From Octopus vulgaris (taxonomy: Eukaryota), in contig OX597818.1 of assembly GCA_951406725.2 (NCBI GenBank), positions 147,374,001 to 147,438,000 on the forward strand: a stretch of DNA of 64,000 nt. The letters are read 5' to 3'. The notes under the pieces were generated by a model that was given only the letters and a program-made list of their open reading frames with translations, did not search any database and was not told the origin of the DNA. A program made the position numbers and the translations under genes. Of the stretch, positions 40,906-52,688 are shown piece after piece. Position 1 is the stretch's first letter, and each line of letters opens with the position of its first letter.

Positions 40906-41991
40906 TGAAAAATTATCAAGTTTGTTTTCGAGTACAGTTCTAGTTTTATCTATTTGAGATTTACAATACACTATGTCATGACTTTTACTCTGGAGGATGT
41001 TAAATATGAAAAAAGAAAAAATCTCACTGAATACTTCTAACAAAAATAAGAAATCAGGAGCTTTTAAAGTTTGTAAGAATCCAATTGCTGAATTTATGGT
41101 GGTATCATCCCATGCTTCAGGATTTTCAATGATGTGCTCAAAAGGCTGATTATGAAATGATAATTTTCCTTTGTGGTAATAATAAGCCGTGAGGCTGTTG
41201 CCTTCGGAAATCTTTTTTTAACAATGTTATCTAATGCATTAGCCCTTTTCGGTGTTGGTCTCCCACCGATATAATTAATTATTTTCCATCGAATTCTCCT
41301 TTCGAAAAACTATTTCTCAAAATATCGTTTATAACACACATTTCACTCATTTCGTAAAAGGCTGTTCTTATATACGAACACACGTGGAAGCGCCGGCGTA
41401 AATTGTAAGTCAATTTCAACAAAACAGAAAGATACAGAAAGTGGGTATCATGCGGTCAGCTCATAGCATGACATGCCACTGAGAGAAAGTGGAAGGGGGG
41501 TACAAAATATTATGAACGACCTTTCCTCCTAGCATCTGTTTTATCAATTCACTAAGAGAGAGAGGAAGGAGGGACAAACTAAGAGACAGAGAGGGAGGTC
41601 ATGCGGGTCTTCCCACAGCATAGCCACTAAGAGAAAGAGAAAGGGGTAAAAATATTTCAAATGCTCTATCCCCTTAGCATGTCTTTTAAACAAGTCGCTA
41701 AGAGTGAGAGAGAGAGGAAGGAAGGACAAACTGAGACAGAGAGGGAGTGTCTAACATGCTGGTCTTGTCAATGCATGACTTCTAAAAGCATAAGTAGAGT
41801 CACTGAGAGAGAAGGGGAGAAAACTACAACTGGACGGATTTTCTTTGAAACAAAGTAACTATTTTATCTAATTTTCCGACCATATGGATAAAAAAATCAC
41901 AGGGCATGCAACGCATACCTTGCATACCTGAGAGTACACGCCCCTGATACATACATACATACATACATACATACATACATACATACATACA

Positions 41992-42077
<86 letters not shown>

Positions 42078-42079
<2 letters not shown>

Positions 42080-43906
42080 ATGGCTCCCTCACAGACAGTC
42101 CAACTAAGATCAGTGAGATGCTGAATGACCAGTTCAAAAGTGTCTTTACCACCCCGTTGGAACACAGACAAGTGAACGAACCAGTGGACTTCTTTGCCGC
42201 CTCACCAATAACCAGTGAGGCGGTTACATTAGCGAAAAAGATGTCCTACTAGCCATAGATGAAGTGGACACAAACTCAGCTGCTGGTCCAGATGGTTTCC
42301 AAGCAATCCTCCTCAAAGCGTGTAAGCATGCCCTGGCAAAACCCCTCAAGATTCTCTTCCAGAGCTTTCTTGCGAATGGCAAACTGCCAAGCAAGCTGAA
42401 GGAGGGAATAATATGCCCAATACATAAAGGGGGAAGTAGAGCAGATGCCAAAAACTATAGGCCTATCTCTCTGACTTCACACATCAGCAAAGTCATGGAA
42501 AGGATAGTCAGAAAGAAACTAATCGCCTTCCTTGAGGAAAATAACTTGCTGAGTAATACCCAGCATGGTTTTCGACCAGGTAGGAGCTGCCTGACTCAGC
42601 TCTTACAACATTATGACTGGGTGTTGAGGCAGTTACTCAACAAATCAAATGTGGACGTAATCTACCTTGATTTTGCAAAAGCTTTTGACAAGGTAGATCA
42701 TGGTATGATATGTCACAAATTACGTGACCTCGGCATAGCTGGAAAACTTGGAGTGTGGTTGCATGACTTCCTGAAAGATAGGAGTCAAGCAGTAGTGGTT
42801 AATGGAGCCACCTCTATGAACACACAAATAGTGCGCGGTGTTCCACAGGGCACTGTCTTGGGACCACTGCTTTTTATAGTGGCCCTCTCAGATATGCCCT
42901 CAAATGCCCGGATAGCCACTCTGGCCAGCTATGCAGACGATACGAAAGTCTCGCAGAAAATACAGAACCCCAGCGATGTTGCACACTTGCAGAAGGAGTT
43001 GGACTCAATCTGCAGATTGGCTGAGGATAATAATATGCAGTTTAATGCTGAAAAATTCCAGGCCCTGCGCTACCAGCATCCAAAACTGAATATTAAACTT
43101 ACAGGATACACCGGTCCACAGGGAATTTCAATCCTAGAGCCTAAGTCTGTGAGGAACCTGGGTATCGACATGAGTGATGATACCTCTTTCCAAGTGCACA
43201 TTACCAGGATGGTGACAAAGTGCAGACGACTGGCTGGGTGGATCCTAAGAACATTCAGAACCAGAGATAAGGAAACCATGATGGTCCTCTGGCGGACATT
43301 CGTCCTCAGTCGCCTGGATTACTGCTCACAGCTATGGTCAGCCACCAGTGCAAAATTAACAGCGGACCTTGAAGCAATCCAGAGAAGATTCACAAAGAAG
43401 ATCGTCTCTTTGCAACAGCTCAGCTACTGGGAAAGGTTGAAACAGCTAAGACTCTACTCCCTGGAGAGAAGACGGGAGAGGTATGCAGTAATATATGTCT
43501 AGAAGATCCCGGAAGGAATTGTGCCAAATTTTGGCAATGTAAGCTACACCAATGCTAGAACGGGACGACACTGCATAGTGCCAAATATCCCAGCAATGCC
43601 ATCACGCTTCAGGACCAGCTTCTGCAACAGCCTGGGTTTTAAGGGCCCGCAGCTTTTTAATATTCTCCCAAAGAGTCTGAGGAACTTGCACAAAGTAGAT
43701 GTAGCGGTTTTTAAATCAAAGCTGGACACCTTCCTGTCAAGAGTCCCAGATGAACCTACCTCACGGCAAGAGGTGCAAATGAGAGAAGCTGTATCAAACT
43801 CCATTCTTCACTAAGTCCCACATATTAGACGAGGTTCTTCGTAATAACAGTGTAGCACAAAACGGCGGTGCATCAGCATGGCCGCAGCTCTGAGCTGAAA
43901 CTAGAA

Positions 43907-43909
<3 letters not shown>
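42078..43909 (+). mobile_element. 5'-truncated LINE family A (RT and 3' end)
   Basis: RT ORF 42264-43502 (DFAKAFD, GVPQGTVLGP, YADD). Near-identical to ~53555-55340. (TA)n on both sides. Confidence 0.93.
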
Positions 43910-43988
<79 letters not shown>

Positions 43989-43989
<1 letters not shown>

Positions 43990-44530
43990 GTTTGTATGTC
44001 TGTTTATCCCTCCAGCATCGCTTGACAACCGGTGCTAGTGTGGTCACGTCCGCGAGACTTAGCGGTCAGGCAAAAGAGACCAATAAATTAAGTACTAGGC
44101 CTACAAAGAATAAGTTCTGGGGTCGATTTGCTCGAATAAAGGCGATGCTCCACCATGGCCGCAATCAAATAACTGAAAAAAGTCAAATAGAGTAAGACAG
44201 TAAATAACGACAAAATTGCATATTCTCTTAACTACATAATTAAGGGAGATAACAAAAAAATAACTTCAAGACTTACTTCCCTAGAATCATATAAAAAAAG
44301 ACGTGACTGATCTCTCAGTGTGTTCCTTTTCCGCTTGCAAAGGGGACATAAGCATTCGCGCACGAAGAGACACACGCATATACAACTTTTCTGCTGGTAC
44401 CTTTAACAAATAAGCATTGGCCAGCTTATAATTTACATTTAATAACACACCACAACTATATAAAGTACTAACAATATCTAGTACTACCCTTTGGACTTAA
44501 TCAGGTTTTTATTTTGTTTTAGTTAGTATA
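43989..44530 (+). repeat. SINE family 2 3' half plus a ~330-bp conserved block (repeated at ~50700-51215, ~57135-57665, ~63690-64000)
   Basis: Shared TATTCTCTTAACTA..GGGAGATAAC..TTACTTCCCT..GCATTCGCGCA..ATATCTAGTACT.CCCTTTGGAC. Confidence 0.85.
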
Positions 44531-44598
44531 TATGCGTATATACACGTATATATGTATGTATGTATGTATGTATGTTGGTATGTATGTATGTATACATG

Positions 44599-44688
<90 letters not shown>

Positions 44689-44691
44689 TAT

Positions 44692-44760
<69 letters not shown>

Positions 44761-44850
44761 CATAGTAAAAAGGCGATAAAATAAATTATTATTGCCGGTG
44801 ATCAAGCACAAAAGACATTTTAGCCATTAGGCTATATGTTATTCATATAT

Positions 44851-44922
<72 letters not shown>

Positions 44923-44959
44923 TTGCATATATATATGTATCTATATATATTTTATACTC

Positions 44960-45201
44960 ATTTACTCTTTTACATGTTTCAGTCATTTGTCTGGGCCCAT
45001 GCTGGAGCACCGCCTTTTGTTGAGTAAATCCACCTCAGGACTTATTATTTGTAAGCCTTATACTTATTCTATCCGTCTCCTTTGCCGAACCGGTATGTTA
45101 TGGGGACGTAAACACACCAGCATCGGTTGTGAAGTGATGTGTGGGGGACAAACACAAACACAGAAGCATATACACACACATATACATATACATATATATA
45201 C

Positions 45202-45271
<70 letters not shown>

Positions 45272-45647
45272 CTATATATAAACGGCAGTTTGTCTGTGTG
45301 TGTGTCTGTGTGTCTGTCAGGTTGTACCCTCACCCTGACCACAGCTTTCAACCGATTCTGATGAAACTTGACACACACATAGCCCAATGTCATAATTCAA
45401 AACTAACGCAGCGAAAATTTTGAAAGGTTCCCCCAGTTCTGAAAAAGATCGATAAATTCGACATGGGGTCGAGAATCAGAAACACAAACCACAGACTGTC
45501 TAGGGGACGCAACTCGACCTTTTTAACTCTCAAAAAAATTTACCATCATTTTTTTCCCATTTTTTTGCTATTTTTTGGCTATAACTCTCTAAAAATGCTT
45601 TATAGTTATTTCCCTTACAAACCCGAGCAACGCCGGGCGATACTGCT

Positions 45648-45680
<33 letters not shown>

Positions 45681-45736
45681 TGGCAGGGCTGGCCTGCTAG
45701 GTAGCCGGCCAGAATGCTAGAAGAAGATCATCAACG

Positions 45737-45798
<62 letters not shown>

Positions 45799-45945
45799 GA
45801 CGGGCTTCTTTCTGTTTCTGTGTACTCACAAAGCTTTGGTCGGTCCGACGCTATAGAAGACAGTCGCCCATGGTGCCACGTAGTGGGATTGAACCCGGAA
45901 CCATGTGGTTGGTAAACAAGCTACTTCCGATACAGTCACTCCTGT
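44960..45945 (-). mobile_element. Minus-strand SINE family 2 copy split at its internal (TA)n by a Helitron
   Basis: Tail half at 44960-45165 and head half at 45797-45945. Confidence 0.78.
45271..45649 (+). mobile_element. Complete non-autonomous Helitron (379 bp)
   Basis: A|TC start, subterminal hairpin CCCGAGCAACGCCGGG, CTAG|T end, no TSD. Confidence 0.88.
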
Positions 45946-46224
45946 TTGTTAACTTGACAGCAAGTTCAAGGTGAGCTCTGATTGGTTGTATGCAAACGAG
46001 CTCATTAATAGTGTCCGGAGCTCTCGTGGGAGAAAAAAACTTTCGCGGGTGGGTCACATAAGAAGATGTGACCACCTTATTGTGGACTGTGCTTACACAC
46101 GTCCGCACACACACACACATTGATACATGCAAAGACGCACACTCGTAGGTATTTCTGCTTTAAGAATGTTGACCTTACAACCGTGACATTCTGAAGAAAT
46201 TGTATGTGTGTGTTGGTCAGCCAA

Positions 46225-46302
<78 letters not shown>

Positions 46303-47034
46303 TTAAATTCGCTGTCTGTGTGCGCGCACGTATTTTTGCAAGAGTGTTTTAAGCTCATAGTTTGTGCGTGTGTGTGTTTGTGTGAGTGTGTGTATACATT
46401 ATTTTTTCATTTTTGTGTGTGTGAGAGTGTGTGAGTATATAACTGTATGCTTTTATTTCTCTGTTAGTGTGAGTGTGTGTGTGTTTGTCCGTGTGTGTGA
46501 GTGTGTGTCTATATTTCCATTTCTGTGTGTGTGTGTGTGTGTGTGTTTTCATTTCAGTGATTGTGTGTGTGAGAGTATTTTTATTTCTGTGTGTGCGTGT
46601 GTGTGAGGGACTGTGTGATTTATTTCTGTGTGCGTGCGACAATTACAGCTACAACAAACACTTTAACCATTTCTAAGATACCCACATTTGCAGATCCCTA
46701 ACTACTAAATCAAAAGAAATCACAATTTATTGGATCTTTAGCGACTTAAAATATTGCACATATTTTTCTCATATGGTGACAATGTATTATTTCACAAGTG
46801 GATAAAACAAATTCTCATACTTGCGTGGAGGGGGCTGATATTCTATCTGCAAGTGCTAAGTACACAATGACCCCCGTATCTACGTACCTGGATCGGTCAT
46901 AATTGGTTTCATTTGGAGAACTCTCGGGTATGGAATATTTATGACTATAGAAGTTTACTTGTTACAGGCTTCGTTTATGGCCTCACTTTTGTGGATTTTC
47001 GGAAGTCCACAGACGTTACTGTGGACTTTGAAAG

Positions 47035-47136
47035 ATTTAGTCGGCCCAAGACGATAGAAGAAAATACTTGTCTAAGGCGTCACGTAGTGGGACTGCACCC
47101 GGAACCGTGTGGCTGGTAGGCATGCTACTCCCCCCG

Positions 47137-47183
<47 letters not shown>

Positions 47184-47357
47184 CAATATATATATATATA
47201 TATATTGATAGGTGTAGAGGTGGCTGTGTGATAAGTAGCTTGCAAACGAACCGCAGTGTTCTGGGTTCAGTCCCACTGCGTGGCGTTTTGGGCATGTGTC
47301 TTCTACTATAGCCTTGTCCCGACCAAATGCTTGTGAGTGGATTTGATAGACGGAATA
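47035..47357. mobile_element. Divergent pair of SINE family 2 heads separated by (TA)n
   Basis: Minus head at 47035-47135 and plus head at 47208-47357. The same pair occurs at 49940-50320 and 62877-63303. Confidence 0.8.
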
Positions 47358-47408
47358 CACCCCCCCCCACACACATATCTCTCTCTCTATATATGTGTGT
47401 GTATATAA

Positions 47409-47465
<57 letters not shown>

Positions 47466-47467
<2 letters not shown>

Positions 47468-48552
47468 CCCCTGTGTTCCAGGGGTTCCTCGGGAAAATGG
47501 ATCACCTACCCCGGTGAACGACCAGGTAGTGAAGGATAGGAGAGCCAAGGGAGCAGAAACCGGAAGCCCCCCTGTACCAGTGGTCCTACGAAGAAATAAA
47601 AAATTAGAAAAACAGAAGAAAAAAGGAAGGACCGAAAACAAAAATAAGGAGGGAAAAGGCAAAACAACCAAAGCTGAAACCCCAACCCACCACACAAACA
47701 GCAGAGAACCCCCTGGAGGATCCAATGCCCCCCAGTACACTTCTGGAAAGAAGAAATCTGAAAGGCACCGAAGAACCTGTAAATTCTACCTGCGGGGCAA
47801 ATGTTGGCATGATGAGGACGGCAAAAACTGCCGGTTCACCCACCCGACACCCCGCCAGAACTTCAGGGGACTCAAAGAGAAAAGCTTTACCGAGGGAACA
47901 CAAAAAATGTCTCCCAGGAAAACTTTCAAAAACGAAGTGCGCTCCTCAGATGTTCTGCGCAACTCAGCAGCTGAGGAACAGTCTTTTTTGTGCATGGCGC
48001 AAAGAATTGTCCGGCAGCTAACCTGGCTACACCAAGCACAGAGAAGGAACCCTGCCCACCACAGTCAACAGACAGGGGATGGCCTCCCCTAACGCCTGCA
48101 CAGCCGTCACCCCAATACTTTTACTAAATATTGGGAACCTGTTGCATCAAAATAGAAACAAAATTTCTTTCGTGAGAGATCTTACTGCCTGCAATCAAGC
48201 CCTATGCATATCACTTGTGGAAACTCACCTCAACCCTGATATAGAGGACACAGAAGTACACATACCAAACTATGCCATACTGCGAACAGACAGAAGGGAA
48301 AGGAGCCATGGTGGAGTTGCTGTATACATCCGAGATGACCTCACACCCCAGGTTTTAATGACATATTCAAATTCGGTATGTGACACTTTAATTGTATACA
48401 TAATACAACATAATATAGCCATATGCAATACATATTTCCCACCGGATGCCCCAAATCACACAGGCAAGTCTGAAGATTGCCTCACAATAATTAAAGAAAT
48501 CCTCATGAATCTGGAACACCACGTGACCATATTTCTTATCGGTGATTTCAAC
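47466..48552 (+). mobile_element. LINE family A 5' portion: ORF1 with CCCH-type finger and the start of the APE domain
   Basis: ORF 47514-48092 has CKFYLRGKCWHDEDGKNCRFTH. ORF 48079-48573 has LLNIG, VETHL, GGVAVYI and GDFN. Confidence 0.88.
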
Positions 48553-49178
48553 AACTCTTTTATGGAGAGTTAGCTAAAGGAGAACGACCTCCACATAAAC
48601 CAAAAAAGAGGTATAAGGACTTGCTGAAGGCTTCCTTAAGAGATGCTTGCATCTCTCCTGACACATGGGAAGGCATAGTTATTGATCGTAGCTGGTGGAG
48701 AAGGATTGTGCACGAGGGGACAGCCACTTTTGAGAAATCTCGAGTGGCACATAAGAAAGTAAGGAGGGATGTCAGGAAGCGCATCGCTGTTACACTTCCA
48801 GATGGGAAGGGTCTTCCTATGATGCTGACATGCAGTGTCTGTGCAAGACCCTGCCTCAGAAAAGCTGGACTCAAGAGTCATCTTCGTAGTCATAAAGCGA
48901 GAAAGATGAGTGACAACCTGGCCACTGGTGGTGGTGTAACACACCATACTAATAATATCTGCCGGGCATGCAAAAGAGAGTGTAATTCGGCAGGAGGACT
49001 TAAACGACATGCAACAGGTACATGAAGCCCAGTTACAACTACAGCCGGCTATTACCGGTAAAGGTTTTAGTTGCCAATTCTGTACAAGACTGGGCTAAAA
49101 AGTCACATTCGATCACACCGCCAGTAACAGTTAAGCTTCGTGCAATGGCCATACTCGATGATGAGGGGGCAGCCATAA

Positions 49179-49180
<2 letters not shown>
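48553..49180 (+). mobile_element. 3' end of the RTE LINE, a duplicate of ~61530-62147
   Basis: Near-identical sequence, including the C2H2 fingers. Confidence 0.92.
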
Positions 49181-49239
<59 letters not shown>

Positions 49240-49528
49240 GTAAATATTAGAGAGCCAACTTTGAGTATGTTAGCTCTATGTGCTAGACATAGACCCACCG
49301 GTCAAAGTCGCCGACTATATTCCACATAGAAATAGCACCACGGTCAACGTTATGAAATTAAATTACAACTAAATAATGGATTAATGTTGTACATATGTTT
49401 CCTCATCAACAAAATAAGGATTTAGTCGACTCGGGACGATAGTAAGAAAACACTTGTCTAAGCTGCCACGCGGTGGGACTGCACCAGGAACAATGTGGTT
49501 GGTAACCAGGCAACCCCCCACTGAGATA

Positions 49529-49586
<58 letters not shown>

Positions 49587-49779
49587 TCCAACCTTGTCTG
49601 ATTTTCACGTTTTATTTATAATCTTATAATGATATATTATAAGATAATATATTATAATTGAATAATGTATAAACTACGTGAAATAGTAGAATGTTAAATA
49701 TTCATTCTGATTGAACTAGTACTTGCATACATATGCATTGAATTCTGTCAATTTCGGCCTCATTTGTTAAATCTAGTTG

Positions 49780-50098
49780 ACAGATAAGAGAAAATCATTT
49801 GGTCATTATATTTGATTGACTGTAGTTGTTGAATTTTTCGTAGAAGCTATTGGCTTGAAGCAGGGTTAGGTGTTTATGTAGTTTTCTGATGGTAGTAGGG
49901 ACAAACAGAGGCACACAATCGTATACATATATACACTTGTGTACGACGGGCTTTTTTCAGTCTCCGATACGAAATCGAATCATAAGGATTTAGTCGACCC
50001 GGGACGATAGAAAAAACACTTGTCTAAGCTGCCACGCGGTGGGACTGCAAAGGAACCGTGTGGTTGGACAAGCAGGCAACCCCCTATGAGATATATTC

Positions 50099-50132
<34 letters not shown>

Positions 50133-50139
50133 ATATATA

Positions 50140-50171
<32 letters not shown>

Positions 50172-50593
50172 TGATAGGCGTAGGAATGGCTGTGTGATAA
50201 GTAGCTTCCCTACGAAACGCAGTGTTCTTGGTTCAGCCCCACTGCATGGTATCTTGGGCTAGTGTCTTCTACTATAGACTCGTGCCACCAAACCTTGTGA
50301 GTGGAATTGATAGGCGGAATATACACACACACACACACACATACTCACACAAACATATATATACATATATGTGTGTGTGTGTGTGTGGGGGGCTATGTAT
50401 ATATATATATATATATATATATACACGTTTGTATGTCTGTTTATCCCTCCAACACCGCTTGACAACCGGTGCTGGTGTGTTCATGTCCCCGTAACTTAGC
50501 GTTTCGTCAAAAGAGAAAATAGATTAAATACTAGGCCTACAAAAAATAAGTATTGGGTTCGAATTTCGCGAATAAAGGCGCTACTGCGGCATG

Positions 50594-50664
<71 letters not shown>

Positions 50665-51010
50665 GTGTGTGTGTGTGTATATGTGTGTGTATGTGTGTGT
50701 TTGTAATGTCTGTTTATTTCTCGAACATCGTTGGACAACGGGTGCTGGTGTGTACAATTCCCCGAACTTAGCGGTTCGGGAAAAGGGACCGATAGTTTAA
50801 ATACTAGGCCTACAAAGTATAAGTCCTGGGGTCGATTTGCACGAATAAAGGCATTGCTCCACCATGGCCGCAGTCAAATAATTGAAAAATTAAGTGTGTA
50901 AAACAGAAAATAACCAGAAAAGTTTATATTCTCTTAACTACATCAGTCAGGGAGATAACTGAAAATCAACTTTTAGAGTTACTTCCCTTGACATATTAAT
51001 AACAGACATG
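49780..51010 (+). repeat. Segment duplicated at ~62720-64000 (SINE pair, extra SINE 3' half, conserved block)
   Basis: Near-identical non-microsatellite sequence by visual comparison. Confidence 0.9.
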
Positions 51011-51320
51011 ACAGTTTAAGATGTAGGCGCGTTTATATTTCCCATGCGAAGGGCACACTTGCATTCGCGCAGGAAGATACAAACATACACATGCAAATTT
51101 TCTGCTGTTAACTTTAACAAATAAACATTATAATTTACATTTAATTACACCCGAAAACTATGTAAAGTACTCACCATATCTAGTACTACCCTTTGGACAT
51201 GATCGGGTTTTTATTTATATGTTTGTATGTATATATATATATATTCATAAATTTATAATTTTATTTATTTATATATATATATATATGTAGGTATATACCT
51301 ATTATATATATATATATATA

Positions 51321-52688
51321 CTAAAAAATGGAAGATAAAATTCCTGGAGGACTGGGTCGATGCCCATCCAAACCACATCCCTTTCTTCGTCCTCACTGAA
51401 ACCCATCTTAGTAACCTCCACTTGGAAGCCGAGGTGAAAGTTAAAAATTTCAAAGCCATTCGTGCTGATCGTGCTGGCAGAAGAAAGGGTGGGACTGCCA
51501 TTTATGTTCATGATTCATTCTCAACAGAAGCTATGAACATATTTTCGAATGGATACTGCGAAGCAGTCGCTGTATTCAGTCAAACCAACAACTTAACAGT
51601 AGTTGGGCTCTACAGACCACCCCAAACGCCCCTACCATGCTTCAAGGAATGCCTCAACAACATAAAGTGTTTCATTCAGCAGTGTCAACCTGACAACATT
51701 TTAATGATGGGAGACTTCAACCTTCCCGGGGTTGACTGGTCTACAAACAGTCTGCCGCCAGGTTCTTCTCTCTCAACCCCTGACAGGGAGGCAGTGGAAT
51801 CGCTTCTTGACTTCATGGATGATTTCTTCCTGTCCCAACTGGTGCTCGACACAACGAGATGTCACAAAAACGTCTTAGACTTAATTTTCAGCAATCACAC
51901 TGATACTATCCACAATATTGCAGTGGAGAAAACCCTACTCTCCGACCATGACATGGTTCTCTGTGATCTGAGATTTCACCGGCCAAAATGCAAAACAAAT
52001 GTCATCCCTCCTGTTCATTCATTTGACACTATGGATTTCCACAATGCAAACTGGGAAGTGATCAATAATGATCTTGCACAAGTCGATTGGTCCTTCACGC
52101 ACACATACACACCCACTAACATAAAAAAGTCCTGGCAGTCATTTGTAGACACCATTACGAACATATGTGCAAAACACACCCCATTAAGATCTGCAAACAA
52201 ATCTAAGTGTCGAATCCCTAGAAATAGAAAATATCTCATCAGGAAAATTAAAAGAATTAACAAAAAAAAATCAACGAGCTGAAATACTGTCAACAGCAAC
52301 ACACCAACCTGACTGCCATCTCGTCGCTAGAGATTAAAAAACATAAACTCCAAAACAACATGATGTCTATCATCAATAGTCAAGAAGAGCTGAAGAGGCC
52401 TGGGCCATTGAGAAGATCAAACTCAATCACAAAGTGTTCCTTTCATTTGCAAAAATACACAGAGTCATTGGTTCTACTGTTGGCCCTCTGATTGATGAAA
52501 ATGGTACTCTTCAAGACAATGCCAAAACCATGGGAGAGATATTGCAGAAACAATATTGCTCTGTTTTCAGCAATCCTGATATGACTGATCTGGGCTGTAT
52601 CAGTGATGTTACTCCCCAATATACTTTATCGGACATAACCTTTGGCGCTCCTGATGTCTTAGCAGCAATAAAGGAAATGAAGCATAAT
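51321..52688 (+). mobile_element. LINE family B1 fragment (APE to linker), truncated at both ends
   Basis: ORF 51422-52282 is almost identical to the N-terminal part of 27842-30403. Confidence 0.92.

Larger units (their letters stand above)
39949..41946 (-). mobile_element. Internally deleted hAT DNA transposon
   Basis: TIRs CAGTGGCGTG...CACGCCCCTG. 8-bp TSD ATACATAC on both sides (within a simple repeat). Minus-strand transposase remnants (IISTIVDQIKARYS; FNILQSKSHDIVYC). GA-rich subterminal repeats at ~41550-41820. Confidence 0.82.

Noticed and set aside
50990-51175. Minus-strand Cys-rich mini-exon (NSRKFACVC...) in the recurring block
   Set aside because: The frame and cysteines are not conserved in the paralogous blocks at 44.3 kb and 57.5 kb
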